NCBI GenBank assembly: GCA_024710355.1
Contig: JANJUX010000033.1
Coordinates: 181,981 to 245,980, forward strand
DNA from: Candidatus Rifleibacteriota bacterium
GTDB taxonomy: Bacteria > Muiribacteriota > Ozemobacteria > Ozemobacterales > Ozemobacteraceae
Direction: 5' to 3'
Length of the DNA stretch: 64,000 nt
The position numbers and the translations under genes are program-made. The notes under the pieces were generated by a model that did not search any database, was not told where the DNA came from, and saw only the letters and a program-made list of their open reading frames with translations. Positions 60,560 to 64,000 of this stretch are shown one piece after another. Numbering within the stretch: the first letter of the stretch is position 1; each line of letters opens with the position of its first letter.

Positions 60560-61840
60560 TTATTGTCTTGGGAAGGTGTCGAAAAGCTTGAGTGAAGCCA
60601 CGTATTCCGGTTTCTGTTCCTGGCGGGTGTGGTTGAGCTCGAACTGCACGATCAGGAAAAGCGCTTTGTTCAGGGGTGCGTAGCGATCGTCACGATTCAG
60701 TTTGTGCTGTCTTATACCTTCGATGTAAAACTTCAGGCAGGTTTCGGGTGATTTTCTGACCAGCTGCACTATAGTTTCTATCCCATCGATTACTTCGTCA
60801 GAAACTTTCTGTCTTGCTTTCATAACCCTGAAAAAGTCTTCATTTGCCGGGCTCAGCAATTCGTTGAGTCTGGCAAGGTCGACTTCGGCAGTTCTCAGTC
60901 TTATATAGTTTTCAAGCTGAATAACCAGCGGAACAAGTTGCGATGGGGCCCGACCGTAACCAGGAAGCTTTGTCAGGTCGATTATCTGAATGCCCATGCT
61001 TGTCGGAATTTTTACTACCCGGTGGTCCGCATTTAGAACTACCCGTTCTCCGGCGTTAAGGCCCTTCTTTGAAAGATAACCAGGTGAAAACTTCGGTAAT
61101 GAAACATTGTGACTGACGATTTTGTCGGGCAGGGCCCAGAAATCTTTAAAAAATTGTTCTCCGAGCCCTTTCATCAGTATTTTATAGGCTCCGACTACAC
61201 AGTTGTTGCCGAGAACATGGTAGTAGTCGCGGCTACGGTCAATCAGCGACTGCTCGATGCCAGCTTTCAGAATACTTTCGACCTGCTCTTTTTTCAGTCG
61301 CAGCGGAAACATTTTAACGGTCTGCCGGAAGATGGTGAGACTGTTCTGAACTCTGTCGGTCAGAGTGCCGACCTCAAAAACCAGTGGCCAGGGGTCTTTT
61401 GAAAATGCCGGGAAAAAGGCTTTCATGAAAGAAGAAGGCGTTTCGCCTTCGCGCAGACGGTTGGTGACCGAAATCACCAGTCCAAAATCGCTTTTTTTAC
61501 CGTCTTCACTGGTGACGCCATGCATCGATTTGAAGGTGAATGCCAGTGAAATATGTGCTGCTACTGCCTTGGGCGGAAAGTCTTCACTGCACAGATAGAC
61601 ACGGTCAACTTCTGAATACCTGATGCGGGCGCGGCCATAGGTTGCATGAAATTTCTGGCCGTCAAAAGTCGAGCCCCAGCGGAAATCATCGAGAACTACT
61701 TCATTGGCGTTTCGACTGACAAGCTTGACCGGGCGGAGATTCGGATCCCACTGGGGGCTGGCTGCCAGAAAGCCTGCCGAGGCAAGCAGCAGCACCAGGC
61801 TGAAAATGGCTGTGAACCTGAAAGTATTTTTTCCCATCAC
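60560..61840 (-). CDS. secreted hypothetical protein (possible DUF4105-like)
   Basis: Signal peptide; YYHVLGNNCVVGAY weakly resembles DUF4105 Y.LL.NNC motif. Confidence 0.4.
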   Translation of the reverse strand: MMGKNTFRFTAIFSLVLLLASAGFLAASPQWDPNLRPVKLVSRNANEVVLDDFRWGSTFDGQKFHATYGRARIRYSEVDRVYLCSEDFPPKAVAAHISLAFTFKSMHGVTSEDGKKSDFGLVISVTNRLREGETPSSFMKAFFPAFSKDPWPLVFEVGTLTDRVQNSLTIFRQTVKMFPLRLKKEQVESILKAGIEQSLIDRSRDYYHVLGNNCVVGAYKILMKGLGEQFFKDFWALPDKIVSHNVSLPKFSPGYLSKKGLNAGERVVLNADHRVVKIPTSMGIQIIDLTKLPGYGRAPSQLVPLVIQLENYIRLRTAEVDLARLNELLSPANEDFFRVMKARQKVSDEVIDGIETIVQLVRKSPETCLKFYIEGIRQHKLNRDDRYAPLNKALFLIVQFELNHTRQEQKPEYVASLKLFDTFPRQ

Positions 61841-61952
61841 CGAACTCCTGATACTTAAGTTTAATTGCAGGGCATTGCGGTTGCCAGTAACTATTTTAAT
61901 CCTTTTTAAATGCGATGTCTGCCTGCCGTCGCCGCATATAAAAAGCAGATTT

Positions 61953-63167
61953 TTACTCGGTTAAAAGATAATCGATTATAGAGAGATAACGCTCAGCTTT
62001 GAAAGAGGCATTTTTTCCGGCCTGCCTGGCAACCGGCGCCACGTAATACTTCAATGCCGGTTTCCAGGGTTTTCTCACATTCATTGGCTGCAGGCGAAGA
62101 AAGAAAAGAATGCGGTGCAGGGTTGAATAATCGTCTTTGGCGGCTTCGGCTTTGACCTGGTCTTCAAACCAGCGAACCTGGCTGTTTCCCGGCGGGTATT
62201 TGCCCATCAGGTTCATAGTTGCCTTGCCGAGTCGGTCGCGGAAAACCCCTTTCTTGAATTCTTCGACACTCCAGTTAATCAGGCCCGGAGCATTGGTAAT
62301 TGCCAGGTTCACCAGTATCGCACCGATCGCTACCTGTCCGATTACCGGCATTGGTATGACTATTGTCGACAGGGCTGCACCGGTTGCTCCCATGGCCAGG
62401 TTTTTAACCTGCTGGGCGGCAAGGTATTTAGTGATCTCGACTGTGGCAAACACTGCAAAAGGCGCCAGCTGTTCTATTCCAGCATATTTAAGAACGCTTT
62501 CCCGATCGCTTCCTGTTGATAAAAAGCTGTTCAAAAGACTGTCTGTGCCCTTGTTTACAGCCAGTTGAACCACCTTCGGAAAGAAGCGTTCAAGAAGCAT
62601 GCGGGCATTTTCATTGCTGATTTTGCGAACCGGAACCAGAAGTTTTTCTGACTCAAGAACCCCTGTTTCTTCTATGGCGAAGCTTATGCCCGCCTTGGCT
62701 GCGATCAGAACACATTCCTGCAGATTAATTTCCAGGTCGAGCCGGTAAACCATGCTGACGGGCGCATCAGATGCAAGTTCGTCAAGATTTTCAGGTGGAA
62801 AGAGCCTGAAAAAACCAACGCACTCTTTTCTGGGTGGCAAAGGTGTTTCGGTGAAGAAAAACCTGGTAACCTTATGTCTGGCCGACTCTGCAGGCATTCT
62901 CTGCATGCCGGTAACTTTGAGCCTCATCTTGCGATAGTCGCGCGAGAACTTCGGCTGATCGAAGCTGGCTACAAAATTGCCATGGCCGGTTGATATCAGC
63001 GCCTCTGACAGCTTTTGCGAGAAGGCGAAGATTGCCTGACCAAGCCGCTCAAAGGCTCTATCAGATAATTTGACTGTTTCTGCCGAAAGTGGCGTTACTA
63101 TCGTTGTGCAGAGAAGCAGAATAAGAAATAATTCTGCGCTGCGTTGGCTTTTGACAAATCTGTTCAT
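61953..63167 (-). CDS. secreted hypothetical protein
   Basis: 404 aa; signal peptide LFLILLLCTTIVTPLSA; C-terminal hydrophobic segment. Confidence 0.45.
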   Translation of the reverse strand: MNRFVKSQRSAELFLILLLCTTIVTPLSAETVKLSDRAFERLGQAIFAFSQKLSEALISTGHGNFVASFDQPKFSRDYRKMRLKVTGMQRMPAESARHKVTRFFFTETPLPPRKECVGFFRLFPPENLDELASDAPVSMVYRLDLEINLQECVLIAAKAGISFAIEETGVLESEKLLVPVRKISNENARMLLERFFPKVVQLAVNKGTDSLLNSFLSTGSDRESVLKYAGIEQLAPFAVFATVEITKYLAAQQVKNLAMGATGAALSTIVIPMPVIGQVAIGAILVNLAITNAPGLINWSVEEFKKGVFRDRLGKATMNLMGKYPPGNSQVRWFEDQVKAEAAKDDYSTLHRILFFLRLQPMNVRKPWKPALKYYVAPVARQAGKNASFKAERYLSIIDYLLTE

Positions 63168-63242
63168 GACTCAACTCCAAAAAGCAGCCGGCCAAACCGG
63201 CCGACTGCCTTGTGAGATCAGCATTTTTGCAAACATCGTAAA

Positions 63243-64000
63243 TTATTTCGGAATATAGACACCGAGAAGTTTTCCGGTCCAGTTCGATGCAGTGCCGTAG
63301 TCCATGTTGGGCCCGTCGTTAACGAAACGCCCTTCGCTGGCTTTAATAACAATGTCCCCTGCGGTCGGGTGAGCTGTTCCATAACTGCCCGCGGCGACGA
63401 CGATAACAGCGCCCTTCGGAATTCTCGGGTCGTGCGGGCTGGTGATCGGGGGATTAAACGCAGTATCAAGGCGCTGCAGGCCAGCTTCGTTGAGATTGGC
63501 ACTGCTCTTGTTCATGAATTCTGCAAATTCTCTGGCTTCATCACTGCCCATATTCGGCAGATCGCCCCAGGCTTTGAGATTACCGTAGCCCGAGCTGGTC
63601 AGATAGCCCCACACGGCGTTGAAACAGTCGCCGTTAGAGCCACCGCGGTGATTGCGCAGAGCGTAATCTACAACATTGTTCATCTGCTGCTGGCCTTTTT
63701 CAGAAATGGCTGGGGCAGCGCTGCTGGTCTGGGTTGCTGTAGAAGTCGAAGTTGCAGTGTTTGTCTGAGTTGAAGTTTCGGTTGCGGTTGAAGTTGAGGT
63801 AGAAGTCTGGGTGCTGGTTGCAGTCGAAGTTGCAGTTGCGGTTGCCTGGTCAGAAACTTCTTCATCATCAGTCGGGTTGGTTACAGTTACCGCCGCGTCA
63901 TTTTCTTTTTTGTCGGTTTCCTGGGCTGTGTTGGTGGTATTTTGCGTGGCAGTATTATCGGCGGTATTATTGTTGGTGCTGCTTACGGCATTGCTCACCG
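63243..64000 (-). CDS. CHAP/NlpC-P60-like cysteine peptidase domain protein with Thr/Ser/Ala-rich linker (5' end outside window)
   Basis: C-terminal domain with candidate catalytic Cys (NGDCFNAVWGYL) and His (GTAHPTAGD); linker ATSTATSTQTSTSTSTATETSTQTNTATSTSTATQTSS; ORF open to window edge. Confidence 0.5.
   Translation of the reverse strand, partial: VSNAVSSTNNNTADNTATQNTTNTAQETDKKENDAAVTVTNPTDDEEVSDQATATATSTATSTQTSTSTSTATETSTQTNTATSTSTATQTSSAAPAISEKGQQQMNNVVDYALRNHRGGSNGDCFNAVWGYLTSSGYGNLKAWGDLPNMGSDEAREFAEFMNKSSANLNEAGLQRLDTAFNPPITSPHDPRIPKGAVIVVAAGSYGTAHPTAGDIVIKASEGRFVNDGPNMDYGTASNWTGKLLGVYIPK

Overview
This ~64 kb window is a chromosomal segment from a GC-moderate (~55%) diderm bacterium (LptD and RND efflux genes present) that spans the replication origin. 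All calls rest on motif recognition by eye and my recall of family signatures; no searches were run, and gene starts are approximate (+/- a few codons).

The minus strand carries a conserved replication block: dnaA, then a DciA-like DUF721 gene, a DUF370 (RemA/RemB-like) gene, gyrB, gyrA and ftsB. Next, still on the minus strand, come a terminator, a sigma70-like promoter, four tRNAs (Ser-UGA, Ser-GCU, Arg-GCG, Ser-GGA), a large Bacillus-type SRP RNA with an Alu domain that directly abuts the last tRNA, and dnaX. A cluster of at least six DnaA boxes (T[TA]TTCCACA type) plus an AT-rich unwinding element lies between dnaA and accB. No dnaN or recF is present in the window. A second, smaller DnaA-box cluster lies downstream of dnaX.

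Other content: accB-lpd-(divergent hom-like)-lysC; a TetR/MFP/RND efflux operon with a palindromic operator; a ClC channel; a KamA-family radical SAM protein with a long N-terminal extension; two secreted metallophosphoesterases, one with a long acidic KEP-repeat tail; a 1293-aa secreted multi-domain protein (fascin-like beta-trefoil repeats, Vps62, jacalin, helical C-terminus); an OPT transporter; pdxST; lptD; rpiB-upp-dCMP deaminase-murA-HEAT repeat protein; a CYTH plus DEDDh exonuclease pair; a hybrid histidine kinase; and a run of secreted hypothetical proteins ending in a CHAP-domain protein.

The most unusual locus is at 50962-53493: an ECF sigma factor, then a cytoplasmic zf-HC2 anti-sigma domain fused to an excisionase-type HTH, then a protein in which a single GspF-type (T2SS protein F) cytoplasmic domain is fused to a GspE/PilB secretion ATPase core. 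No CRISPR arrays, integrases or transposases were seen.
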